Origin: Lachnospiraceae bacterium
GTDB taxonomy: Bacteria; Bacillota; Clostridia; Lachnospirales; Lachnospiraceae
Length of the DNA stretch: 64,000 nucleotides
Assembly (NCBI GenBank): GCA_017542245.1
Contig: JAFXXN010000016.1
Location: forward strand, 25,711-89,710
Reading direction: 5' to 3'
A model generated the notes under the pieces. That model was not told where the DNA came from. It did no database searches and was given only the letters and a program-made list of their open reading frames with translations. Position numbers and translations under genes: made by a program. Positions 37,310-45,763 of the stretch are shown here, piece by piece; position 1 is the stretch's first letter, and each line of letters begins with the position of its first letter.

Positions 37310-39248
37310 GGTGATTTCATGTTTTGGATATGCCGGAGTAAAGGCAGATGATCCTGAACCTACTACACCAGAAACCACAACAGAAGCTGAAAAGTTTGAT
37401 ATTACGGTAACTGCACCTGATTGCGTTAAACTTACAGGTACAGATGGTAAAGATTTAGGATTAACCGGTATTGCAAAAGATACCGATGTTTCATTTAAAG
37501 TAGTTATCAGTGAAGCTACAAAGCAGCTTAAAAGCGTAAAAGCTGGAGATACAGAATTAGAGGCTGCACAAGGCGTTTACACTGTAAAGGTTTCAGCTGC
37601 TGTTACTATTACAGTTGAAGTTGAAGACGTTCCTGTGACAGCAGAATATATTGCTGCTACAGATACTGTTAAGTTTACTTCTAGCGTTGCTGGAAAGGTT
37701 TTATATGCAACAGTAAAGAAAGCTGGAGCTAAAGTTACTAAAACTAGCGAAGTTGAACTTAAGGCAGATGAGAATGATGCTACTAAATTTGTTGCTGAAA
37801 TAGTTCTTAACAACAAAGATGGTGGAGTTAAAGTAGCAGAAGATAAAGATCTGTATCTTTGGTATGGATTTTCAGCTCCTGATAAGAAAGCTACCGTAAA
37901 ACCTCTCCTTACAGTTGATGGAACAAAAGTTAAGAAACTTAATGTGGTTCTTAATTATGCCGTTGCTGGTACTGATAAGTGTGCTATAGCAAGTGCAACT
38001 GCAAAGATAGGCAAGGCAGAATCAGTTGTTGATCTTGCAACACTTCAGTATCGTTATTTCGATGGAAATGCTTGGGGTGAATGGACAGATGTAGTTAAAG
38101 CTACGGCTACAACTACAGAGCCCACCACAACTACTGAGACTCCTGAAGAAGTTACCGGTAATGGAACTGACGATGGAGAAGCTACTACCGATGGTGAAGG
38201 TGAGACAACAGCAACTGTAGAGTATAATTTCACCGGTAAAGTACTTGAAACCGCAGTTAACGCAGCAGCAGAAGGAAAGCCCGCTTTTGAAATCAAAGTT
38301 AAAGCTTCCGCAGCTGTTGAAGCTGTAGAAGCTTCTGAAGGCGTAGAAGCTGTTGAAGGTAAGAACGCAGTTCGTGGTTCTAAGGCAGCAAAGATTACTG
38401 TTAAGAAAGCCGGAGAACTTAAGGCAGTTAAAGTCGACTACGTTAAGGGAACAATCGCTATTAAGAACGGTTTTGATTATGCAGTTATGACAGAGGCTGG
38501 TAAAACTCCCACAGCTGAGGATTGGAATACAGTTCTTCCTTTCAAGAAGGGTGGCACAGCTACTGCAGATATAAAGACTGTAGATTATGTTCCGGCTAAG
38601 AAGGTTAGTACTGATACTGCAGCTATGTTCGCTAAGGAGAAAGTTTCTAGCAAGAACATCAGCGACCTTTTAGGCGAGAATGATACAATTTATGTATATG
38701 TAAGGAAGTCTGCAACAACTAAGGCTCCTGCATCTAAAGCATGTGAAGTAATTACTATCAAGAAGCCTGCAGCAGCTCCTGCATTCACAACTCAGAGTAT
38801 CGAAGGAACTAAGGGTAAGAAGGGTTGGAGTTATGTTCTTACAGCTCCCGAAGCTCTTACAGGTGGAGATTATGAATATCTGATCGTTAAGGCAGATGCT
38901 GATCTTACCAAGATATCAGGCGCTAAGTGGTCTAAGCTTAATGCAAAAGGAATTAAGTTAGGTAGCAAGTCTAAGATTGATAAGTCTACTACTTATACAC
39001 TTGCAGCAGACGGAAATTACTGGATTCTTATCAGAAAAGCAGCTGTTAAGAAGGGCGATAACGCAGCTTTAGCTTCTGAGTATGTTAAGACTTTAGTTGG
39101 AAAACCTGTAGATGGCGGAACAACTGAGGCTCCTACTTCTACTATCTCTTGGAGTGTAGTTACAGAAGAGGCTCCTGCAGAAGAAACACCTACAGAAACA
39201 CCTACTGAAGGTACTGATCCTGCAACTGAAGGAACTGACAATCCTTAA
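37254..39248 (+). CDS. secreted protein A (664 aa), expressed-site copy of a paralogous pair
   Basis: Consensus SD AAGGAGG and signal peptide MKHFKLMKGVLACLLSLALVISCFGYAGVKA. It has Thr/Pro/Glu-rich linkers. The C-terminal module is shared with 39825-42542 and 57163-59793. Confidence 0.85.
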   Translation: MKHFKLMKGVLACLLSLALVISCFGYAGVKADDPEPTTPETTTEAEKFDITVTAPDCVKLTGTDGKDLGLTGIAKDTDVSFKVVISEATKQLKSVKAGDTELEAAQGVYTVKVSAAVTITVEVEDVPVTAEYIAATDTVKFTSSVAGKVLYATVKKAGAKVTKTSEVELKADENDATKFVAEIVLNNKDGGVKVAEDKDLYLWYGFSAPDKKATVKPLLTVDGTKVKKLNVVLNYAVAGTDKCAIASATAKIGKAESVVDLATLQYRYFDGNAWGEWTDVVKATATTTEPTTTTETPEEVTGNGTDDGEATTDGEGETTATVEYNFTGKVLETAVNAAAEGKPAFEIKVKASAAVEAVEASEGVEAVEGKNAVRGSKAAKITVKKAGELKAVKVDYVKGTIAIKNGFDYAVMTEAGKTPTAEDWNTVLPFKKGGTATADIKTVDYVPAKKVSTDTAAMFAKEKVSSKNISDLLGENDTIYVYVRKSATTKAPASKACEVITIKKPAAAPAFTTQSIEGTKGKKGWSYVLTAPEALTGGDYEYLIVKADADLTKISGAKWSKLNAKGIKLGSKSKIDKSTTYTLAADGNYWILIRKAAVKKGDNAALASEYVKTLVGKPVDGGTTEAPTSTISWSVVTEEAPAEETPTETPTEGTDPATEGTDNP

Positions 39249-39322
39249 TATAATTGATGTATAACCGATTATTAAAGAAGTCATAGCATTGTTTGTAATT
39301 ATAAGTTATAGACTTATTGTTT

Positions 39323-39433
39323 AGCCAGTGATATGAAATGATTCATGGCCCCTAGAGGAGAAATCCTTTAGGGGTTTCTTTTTGCTCTAATCTATGGAGC
39401 ATTTAATAAAAAAAGTTGCCTTTCCGGCAACCC
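39323..39433 (+). repeat. terminator module copy 1 (T1 hairpin 39349-39374 with T-run; T2 hairpin 39415-39431)
   Basis: T1 is CCCCTAGAGGA-GAAA-TCCTTTAGGGG followed by TTTCTTTTT. T2 is GTTGCC-TTTCC-GGCAAC flanked by A/T runs. The module is repeated at 43873-43980, and T1 alone is inverted at 39711-39770. Confidence 0.85.
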
Positions 39434-39454
39434 TGCGATATTTCCATATTCAAT

Positions 39455-39655
39455 TCAAATCTTGAATAATCTTTTAACCGAAACGCTCCCTTTCACTCCT
39501 GCTAAAAAAATTGGAAAAAGCAAGAGCAAGTCAGGAAAGCTAATAAAACCAATATATAAAATGAAATAATCTCTAAAAACATATTTATTTTCTAATATCG
39601 GCAGTTTAAAGCTATACTCTTTACCTTTGATGACATAATAATACAACACGGCAGA
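39455..39655 (-). pseudogene. remnant of a GH10 xylanase gene 3' end, interrupted
   Basis: On the minus strand, GGAGCGTTTCGGTTAAAAGATTATTCAAGATTTGA and GTCATCAAAGGTAAAGAGTAT resemble the last roughly 75 nt of the xylanase gene at 45764. The same T2 hairpin follows. Confidence 0.55.
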
Positions 39656-39710
39656 CAGTTTGTTAATGAGAAAATTATTAATAACCAGTCAATCAAAAAA
39701 GTTCCTGCAA

Positions 39711-39770
39711 TAGAAAAACCCCTAAAGGATTTCTCCTCTAGGGGTCATGAATCATTTCATATCACTGGCT
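39711..39770 (-). repeat. terminator module T1, inverted copy 2 (terminator of secreted protein B)
   Basis: It is the reverse complement of 39323-39380 with a 1-nt difference. The hairpin is at 39719-39744, with a T-run on the minus strand. Confidence 0.85.
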
Positions 39771-39824
39771 TTGTATTACTTAATTGCCTTTATGATTTTT
39801 AATTCATTATCCAATGTTACCAGA

Positions 39825-42542
39825 TTATGAATTAATTTCCCATGCATAACCGTCAACTTGCTCTTTATCAACAGTTATCTTAACAGCTGTAACCTTTGTT
39901 ACAAGTACTTCTGAAGGAAGAACGCCCTTCTTCTTGTCGCCTGCACGTCTGATAAGAATGAGGCAATCTGTTCCAAGAGTAGCGTCTTTACTTTCTGTTC
40001 CAACAACGTACTTTGACTTGGTCTTATCAACTGTAAGAGTCTTACCTGCTACAAGCTTGCCCCACTTAGAAGCTGCATAGTCAACCTTACCTAAGTCTTC
40101 TGCCTTGATGATAAGATATTCATAACTAGCAGTATTCTTATCGGTTGCATCATTGCTGATAGTAGGTATTGTGAATGCAGTTCCTTTGTCAGATTTAACT
40201 GCTTCTGCATACTTGCCTTCAGCATCCTTAAGGGATTTAAGTGCAGGAGCTGCAGTAGCCTTGTCAATCTTAACTGCAGTTGAAGCTGCTGATGCAGGCT
40301 TACCATCTGCTGCTGACTTTCTTACAAATACATAGATGCTATTAGGAACGTTTTCTGATGTTCCTTTAGCTGCAGTAAAGAGATCTGCAATGCTTATGGA
40401 TTTAATCTTCTTGCTTGTAAAGTAAGCTGCTGATGTCTCTGCAAACTTCTTTGTAGGAACAAAGTCAGAAGTTGCAATTGTATATGTTTCATTCTTGCTT
40501 TCCTTATTGAAAGGAAGGATTGTTATCCAGTCACTAGGTTCAGGAGTCGCACCTTCTTCAGTAAGAACTGCATAATCATATCCGTTCTTAATAGCGATGG
40601 TTCCCTTAACACCGTCTACCTTAACCTTGGGAGCCTTAGCTGCTTTCTTAACACTAGCCTTAGCTGCCTTTGTGTTACGATAAGCTACTTCTGTATCTGT
40701 AGCAGAAGCACCTGTAAGTCTGAACTGAATCTTAGGAGCTTTCTTTTCAAGTGTCCAGCCATAAAGCTTTTCACCAGTAAGTTTTCCGTTATCCTTTACT
40801 TCTGTAAGAGTTATTGTTCCAGCAGCAGTAATATTTTCACCGCTCTTAAGCTTAACCTCTGCACCAGAAACCAGATTGTACTTAACCTGTGTTTTAGTTA
40901 TGGTGATAGTTTTGCCTGCAGCCGCAGTACCTTTTGTTAAAGTGATTTCATCAGGCATAACAGTAGTTGTCATGTTATCACCATTCATTAAATACCAACC
41001 TGCATCACGATGTGCTGTTGTAACTTCACCAGTTGTTTCATCTTTTACTTCCGCTACTTCGTCAGAATACTTATATACTACATTCTCACTATCAGAAGAA
41101 TAATCAGCTGCGATTGTCACTTCACCATTATCAACCGTGGTTGCACCCGAATAAGTGTACTCTGCCGGGCTAGGTGTATAAGTCCACTTGTTATCAGCAA
41201 AGGTATATGCACCTGCTGCTAACTTACTGATATCTTTAATAGTAACTGACTCTACAACTTCAGCTGCAGTATCATCGAGTGCATAGTTATAACCAACTAA
41301 TACTTCCTGATCAGCGGAACCGTTAACCTTAAGCCATGTTTTACCATTGTCAACGCTATACTGAAGCGAACCAGTAATTGTAGCCCATTCTTCAGAATCA
41401 GTTGTATAAGTCTTAGCTTCTCCAGATGCAGGAGTAACAACAACGCTTGCTATAGCTAAAACGTTAACGCCTTTATCAGCCTTAGCATAATTGAAGTTAA
41501 CTGCTAATTTCTTATAAGAGGTAGCCTTAACAGTTACATTTGCATCAAAGGTCTGTCCTTTTTCAGGTTTAACAGCACCTACAAGAACACAAAGGTATGT
41601 ATCCTTGTTTTCTGCAACACTAACACCAGCCTTCTTATTATTAAGAGCGATAGTAGCCATCTTGTCATCACCGGTCTTAACATTAGCAAATTTGCTAACC
41701 TTATTACCTGAAGCTGCTTTAACCAATGCATAACTGATAGTTACATCTTTAACTGCTGTTTCGATTACAACTGAATCTTTTGAAGGATCATAAGTGATAC
41801 CTTCGATAGCAGCTGTAGCTACGTTATTTCCAATCGCAACATCTTCACTCTTATATTCAGCAGTATAATCCTGTTCAAACTTATATTCAGCAGAATTAAC
41901 ATCAACATTGTTAATCTTTGTAAGAACTACATTCTCAGCTGCAAGTGATTTTGCATTCTCGCCTTCGCCATTAACAGCTGCAGCGATGATTTCAGCTGCT
42001 GTAAATGAAACCTTCTTTGTAGTAACATTAAGATTATCTACAGGGAATTTAGCAGTATATTCTACTGTGGGATTTCCATAATTAATAGTAAATACATAAT
42101 TGATTTTCTTAGGAACAGCGGTAATAGCTATTGCAACATCTGCTATAGTTACACCATCATCTGTCTCTGCCTGTTTTTTGATTGTAAACTCATTGGTTGT
42201 AGTATTATAAGCAATAGCTGCATCATCTGCTCCAATAGCTGCAGAGCCCTTTTTTACGTCTGTAACTATTATTCCATCAGCATAATTATCATCTATTGAC
42301 TTATTAGCTGCTTTTGCGTTTTTTGTTATATCCGCTAAAGAAACCTTTACATCTGCTGTTGCATCTTGGTTTTTAGCAACTTCATAAGTATAAGCTACAG
42401 AATTAATAGTTACCGTAAAAGTTGTCTTTGCGGTTCCCTTATCAGTAGCAGCTTTTGCTCCGATATTACCAAAACACGTTACAACGAGTGCCAGTGATAA
42501 AAGGCATGCAAGCACGCCCTTCATAAGTTTAAAATGCTTCAT
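39825..42542 (-). CDS. secreted protein B (905 aa), promoter-less/SD-less paralog of protein A
   Basis: Its first 19 codons are identical to protein A. AGAAAGT stands in place of an SD. Blocks homologous to protein A include VKGTIAIKNGYDYAV, IYVFVRKSAADGKPAS and YEYLIIKA. Confidence 0.85.
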   Translation of the reverse strand: MKHFKLMKGVLACLLSLALVVTCFGNIGAKAATDKGTAKTTFTVTINSVAYTYEVAKNQDATADVKVSLADITKNAKAANKSIDDNYADGIIVTDVKKGSAAIGADDAAIAYNTTTNEFTIKKQAETDDGVTIADVAIAITAVPKKINYVFTINYGNPTVEYTAKFPVDNLNVTTKKVSFTAAEIIAAAVNGEGENAKSLAAENVVLTKINNVDVNSAEYKFEQDYTAEYKSEDVAIGNNVATAAIEGITYDPSKDSVVIETAVKDVTISYALVKAASGNKVSKFANVKTGDDKMATIALNNKKAGVSVAENKDTYLCVLVGAVKPEKGQTFDANVTVKATSYKKLAVNFNYAKADKGVNVLAIASVVVTPASGEAKTYTTDSEEWATITGSLQYSVDNGKTWLKVNGSADQEVLVGYNYALDDTAAEVVESVTIKDISKLAAGAYTFADNKWTYTPSPAEYTYSGATTVDNGEVTIAADYSSDSENVVYKYSDEVAEVKDETTGEVTTAHRDAGWYLMNGDNMTTTVMPDEITLTKGTAAAGKTITITKTQVKYNLVSGAEVKLKSGENITAAGTITLTEVKDNGKLTGEKLYGWTLEKKAPKIQFRLTGASATDTEVAYRNTKAAKASVKKAAKAPKVKVDGVKGTIAIKNGYDYAVLTEEGATPEPSDWITILPFNKESKNETYTIATSDFVPTKKFAETSAAYFTSKKIKSISIADLFTAAKGTSENVPNSIYVFVRKSAADGKPASAASTAVKIDKATAAPALKSLKDAEGKYAEAVKSDKGTAFTIPTISNDATDKNTASYEYLIIKAEDLGKVDYAASKWGKLVAGKTLTVDKTKSKYVVGTESKDATLGTDCLILIRRAGDKKKGVLPSEVLVTKVTAVKITVDKEQVDGYAWEINS

Positions 42543-42551
42543 AAATTTTTA
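42487..42551. repeat. IR-R: 65-bp arm of the perfect inverted repeat
   Basis: It is the exact reverse complement of 37245-37309. Confidence 0.95.
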
Positions 42552-42627
42552 ACTTTCTACAATCTGATATATAATTGTGGTATAAGTATATAAAAATTTT
42601 CAATACAAAAGAAAGGAATTGAGAAGC

Positions 42628-43620
42628 ATGAAAAAATCAGATGAAAGAGAAGTGAAAAGATTGAAGTTTAAGGATCAGGTGGATTTTTTTCTAGAGGACA
42701 AGAAATGCTTTTTGGCTGATGGTACGATTCTGAACTATCAACGTGACCTGAATAGAGCATGCGCGGTATTTGGAGATATATTTATAGATGATATTTCATA
42801 TCTGGAAATAAAAAAGTATTTTGTCGATCTTCAGAATAATGGAATTAACATGTACACAGGAAAAAGACTTAAATCGGGAACGATCATGCAGCACTATATC
42901 ACGCTTCATTCATTCTTTGAGAATGCTGTAGAAAATGGTATTCTTACTGAAAATCCAATGAGAAGGTTGAAAAGACCGAAAAGCAGGAAAGACGAAGAGT
43001 TAAAACCTGTCATTTCATATGATGAAAAACAGGTACATTATATTTTATCATGTTTGAATCTGGAGCCCTTAAAATGGAAAGCTTTGATAATGGTGGCTAT
43101 TGATAGTGGATGTAGATGTGGAGAACTGATGGGACTTAAATGGACAGATATTGATTTTGAGTCCGGAAGGATGAACATTGTAAGAAATATTCAATATACA
43201 CCTGAAAAAGGAATATTTGTATGTACGCCAAAGAATGGAAAAAGTAGGGAAATATATCTGAACGGACCGGTGATAGCGATTCTTAAAGAATGGAAGAAAA
43301 TCAGCAATATAGGTAAAACAGAAAAGTCTAACGAGTACTGTTTTACCGGGAGAAATAATCAGCCTATGATGCCTGGGTGCTTTAACGCTTTTCTTCGCCG
43401 TTTTGGAAAGAAGTATAATCTTAAAGGAATACATCCCCATGCCCTTAGGCATAGTATGGCTTCGATAAGCCTTGTTCATGGGGCAGATATTGTCAGCGTT
43501 TCGAAAAAGCTTGGGCACTCCAATGTTTCCATAACATTAAATGTTTACAGCCATACAAACTTTGAGGCACAGCTTAGGGCTAATGAAGTTTTTGCGGGGG
43601 CTGTATATAATAAAGAGTGA
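42628..43620 (+). CDS. tyrosine site-specific recombinase (XerC/D-integrase family), candidate invertase
   Basis: Catalytic signature GCRCGEL (Arg), HPHALRHS (HxxR) and LGHSNVSITLNVYSH (His..Tyr). An SAM-like N-domain is present. The ATG at 42628 follows GAAAGGA; an alternative TTG lies at 42619. Confidence 0.9.
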   Translation: MKKSDEREVKRLKFKDQVDFFLEDKKCFLADGTILNYQRDLNRACAVFGDIFIDDISYLEIKKYFVDLQNNGINMYTGKRLKSGTIMQHYITLHSFFENAVENGILTENPMRRLKRPKSRKDEELKPVISYDEKQVHYILSCLNLEPLKWKALIMVAIDSGCRCGELMGLKWTDIDFESGRMNIVRNIQYTPEKGIFVCTPKNGKSREIYLNGPVIAILKEWKKISNIGKTEKSNEYCFTGRNNQPMMPGCFNAFLRRFGKKYNLKGIHPHALRHSMASISLVHGADIVSVSKKLGHSNVSITLNVYSHTNFEAQLRANEVFAGAVYNKE

Positions 43621-43676
43621 CAATTACTGAACAATCACCGGTAAAATTCTGCAATTGAAAAAGGTTGTAATATCGT

Positions 43677-43723
43677 TATAATTTACTTAATCGTTGAAAA
43701 TTTTAAGGATTAAGTAGATTATA
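43677..43723. repeat. palindrome P1: TATAATTTACTTAATC-N15-GATTAAGTAgATTATA
   Basis: 16-bp arms with one mismatch and a 15-bp spacer. It is related to P2 and P3. Confidence 0.85.
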
Positions 43724-43872
43724 ATTGCTTCTTTATAAAAATTACTTAACATTAACCAATGAAGCTCATGATCAAACTTATGTCGCTTGGTAAGAATGAT
43801 GATGTAATCAAGGTTTCCAGTGATGTTGATTATAGGGAAAAAATGTATACGATGTACGGTATTAAATAAAAA

Positions 43873-43980
43873 CCAGTGCTATGAAATGATTCATGGCCCC
43901 TGGAGGAGAAATCCTTTAGGGGTTGCTTTTTGCTCTAATCTATGGAGCATTTAATAAAAAAAGGTTGCCTTCCGGCAACC
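43873..43980 (+). repeat. terminator module copy 3 (T1 43897-43922; T2 43963-43980)
   Basis: It is a direct repeat of 39323-39433 with a few substitutions. T2 read on the minus strand terminates the ATPase gene. Confidence 0.85.
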
Positions 43981-44038
43981 TTGAAAAATTATCATATTTC
44001 TCTGATAGTCAGAAACTAATGACTTCATTTCTCCATAG

Positions 44039-45460
44039 TTAGAATGCAAACAGATCATCCAGGATAACAACTGAGGGAAACCTATCTGAATAAGAATTTT
44101 TAATCAGACCATATGTAGTTATTAATGTCGGGAATATTGCATATCGGGCTCCGGCTTGAATCTTAACATCATTTATTTTTTTACAAATATCTTCATCATA
44201 TTTTTTGGTAACGGTAAATTGGGTTCCGGAGTATTTTATCTCGCAAAGATTTATAACCATATCTTTTCTGATTATAAGCAGGTCTATCTGAGAACCCAAA
44301 ATCCCCTTGTTCAAATCTTCTTTACAATACCATGAACAAATTTCTGAGTTTACGCCCATTATACTGAGTTTGCTTTTAATCTGTTCGATATGGTCAAAGC
44401 ATATGCGTTCAAAAGCCAGACCATGCCAAGTATTTGTTTTGGGCTCATTTATCTGATTTGTCCAGAAATGTTCATCTGTTGGGTTGTTTTTTAAAAAACG
44501 CAAATAGAACAATGTGAAACAATCTATAAGCTGGTAAACAGAGTTTTTCTTGGCATTTCCAAATGCTTTATATTTTCTAATAAATCCACAGTTTTCGAGT
44601 TCATTCAATTTTTTTGATAAATCACCGGAATTCACTATACCGGATGCCTCGATCAGTTCCTCTCGCGTCATGCCCACTTTCTTTGTGCCAAGAGTCTCTA
44701 TTATATTAAGATATACTTCAGGGTTTTTGAATATTGAAGCATAAAGATATTCATACTCATCTTTTAAAGGCGCTTCCTTTGCAAAAAGTATATTATCAAT
44801 ATTCTGTGCAAGACTGAAGCCTTTTTTGATAAAACTCCAATAGTATGGAATCCCGCCAAAAATCATGTAATACTGTAAAATCTGTTCACGGTTCATTGTT
44901 AATCCCATGGATTCTATATATGTCTCACATTCTTTCAAGGAGAAAGAAGACAAATGAATCTGATCTGTTAAACGATGGTAAAGACCGCCTTTATTATGGA
45001 TGACTTCTGAAATCATCCAAGAGGTTGCAGATGCACATATTATAAGAAGTACATCTTTTCTGGCAGAAGCAAATCCGTTCCAAAAATTTTCTATAGCTGA
45101 TATTAAATTACTCTTGGGGGTATCCATCCATGACAATTCATCTATGAAGATGACTTTTTTCTTTTCATTTGAATTCCTGATAACGTCTTTTAAACCTTCA
45201 AAAGCCTCAAGCCAGTTCTTAGGGGGCTTTTCGAATTTGTATCCGGAATCTTTCAGTGAAGATACAAATTCAAATATCTGGTCTTTCATAGTTCCGCGAC
45301 TTAACCCGGCATGCTGAAATGTAAAACGATATCCAAAAACTTCTCTTATAAGGAATGTTTTCCCTATTCTTCTTCGGCCATAGACTGCAACAAATCTCGA
45401 TTCTTTGGCATTAAGGGCGTTCTTTAGTATTTCGGTTTCTTTTTTTCTCTCTATAAGCAT
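44039..45460 (-). CDS. ATP-binding protein (archaeal-type AAA ATPase domain plus DUF234-like C-terminus)
   Basis: Walker A GRRRIGKT and Walker B VIFIDELSWMD. The length and layout fit the Arch_ATPase/DUF234 family. Confidence 0.8.
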   Translation of the reverse strand: MLIERKKETEILKNALNAKESRFVAVYGRRRIGKTFLIREVFGYRFTFQHAGLSRGTMKDQIFEFVSSLKDSGYKFEKPPKNWLEAFEGLKDVIRNSNEKKKVIFIDELSWMDTPKSNLISAIENFWNGFASARKDVLLIICASATSWMISEVIHNKGGLYHRLTDQIHLSSFSLKECETYIESMGLTMNREQILQYYMIFGGIPYYWSFIKKGFSLAQNIDNILFAKEAPLKDEYEYLYASIFKNPEVYLNIIETLGTKKVGMTREELIEASGIVNSGDLSKKLNELENCGFIRKYKAFGNAKKNSVYQLIDCFTLFYLRFLKNNPTDEHFWTNQINEPKTNTWHGLAFERICFDHIEQIKSKLSIMGVNSEICSWYCKEDLNKGILGSQIDLLIIRKDMVINLCEIKYSGTQFTVTKKYDEDICKKINDVKIQAGARYAIFPTLITTYGLIKNSYSDRFPSVVILDDLFAF

Positions 45461-45479
45461 AACTCAGTCTCCGTGTAAT

Positions 45480-45526
45480 TATAATTTACTTAATCGTAGA
45501 AAAATTTTAAGATTAAGTAAATTATA
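45480..45526. repeat. palindrome P2: TATAATTTACTTAATC-N15-GATTAAGTAAATTATA (perfect)
   Basis: Perfect 16-bp arms. The right arm supplies the minus-strand TATAAT of the ATPase promoter candidate. Confidence 0.9.
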
Positions 45527-45549
45527 CTAAACAAATATAATGTAGTCAA
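45521..45549 (-). promoter_or_regulatory. sigma-A-type promoter candidate of the ATPase gene
   Basis: On the minus strand, TTGACT (45549-45544)-17 nt-TATAAT (45526-45521). Confidence 0.5.
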
Positions 45550-45575
45550 GCATATTGTTATGTAAATTGAAAAAT

Positions 45576-45620
45576 ATAAGTTACTTAATCTATCAAAAAA
45601 TCATTGATTAAGTAACTTAT
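45576..45620. repeat. palindrome P3: ATAAGTTACTTAATC-N15-GATTAAGTAACTTAT (perfect)
   Basis: Perfect 15-bp arms with the same 10-bp core and 15-bp spacer as P1 and P2. Confidence 0.9.
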
Positions 45621-45714
45621 AATTGCTTCCTTATAAAATATGCTTGACATTAACTAATGAAGCTCGTGGTCAAACTTTTTGCCAATCAATGGAACGGGTT
45701 TTCGACTGAAAAAA

Positions 45715-45735
45715 GGGTTGCCTTTCCGGCAACCC
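45715..45735. terminator. T2 hairpin copy; terminator of the xylanase gene
   Basis: GGGTTGCC-TTTCC-GGCAACCC with a flanking A-run (T-run on the minus strand). Confidence 0.8.
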
Positions 45736-45763
45736 TGCAAAATTTTTATATCTTATTCAACTT

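Noticed and set aside
39590-39640. Minus-strand GCCGATAT (complement of 39596-39603) as another sigma-28 promoter.
   Set aside because: The nearest TAAA/TAAG lies 17 nt from GCCGATAT rather than 15. Nothing expressible lies downstream.
39455-39649. 64-aa minus-strand ORF between the two convergent secreted-protein genes as a real gene.
   Set aside because: It has no SD. Its two ends match the xylanase gene 3' end and its middle is AT-rich filler, so I interpret it as a gene remnant.
43759-43869. 36-aa ORF (MKLMIKLMSLGKNDDVIKVSSDVDYREKMYTMYGIK) downstream of palindrome P1.
   Set aside because: It has no SD. The related sequence next to P3 (45659 onward) is not open in the same way, so it is probably non-coding flank. 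I mention it only because a P1-associated TATAAT points towards it.
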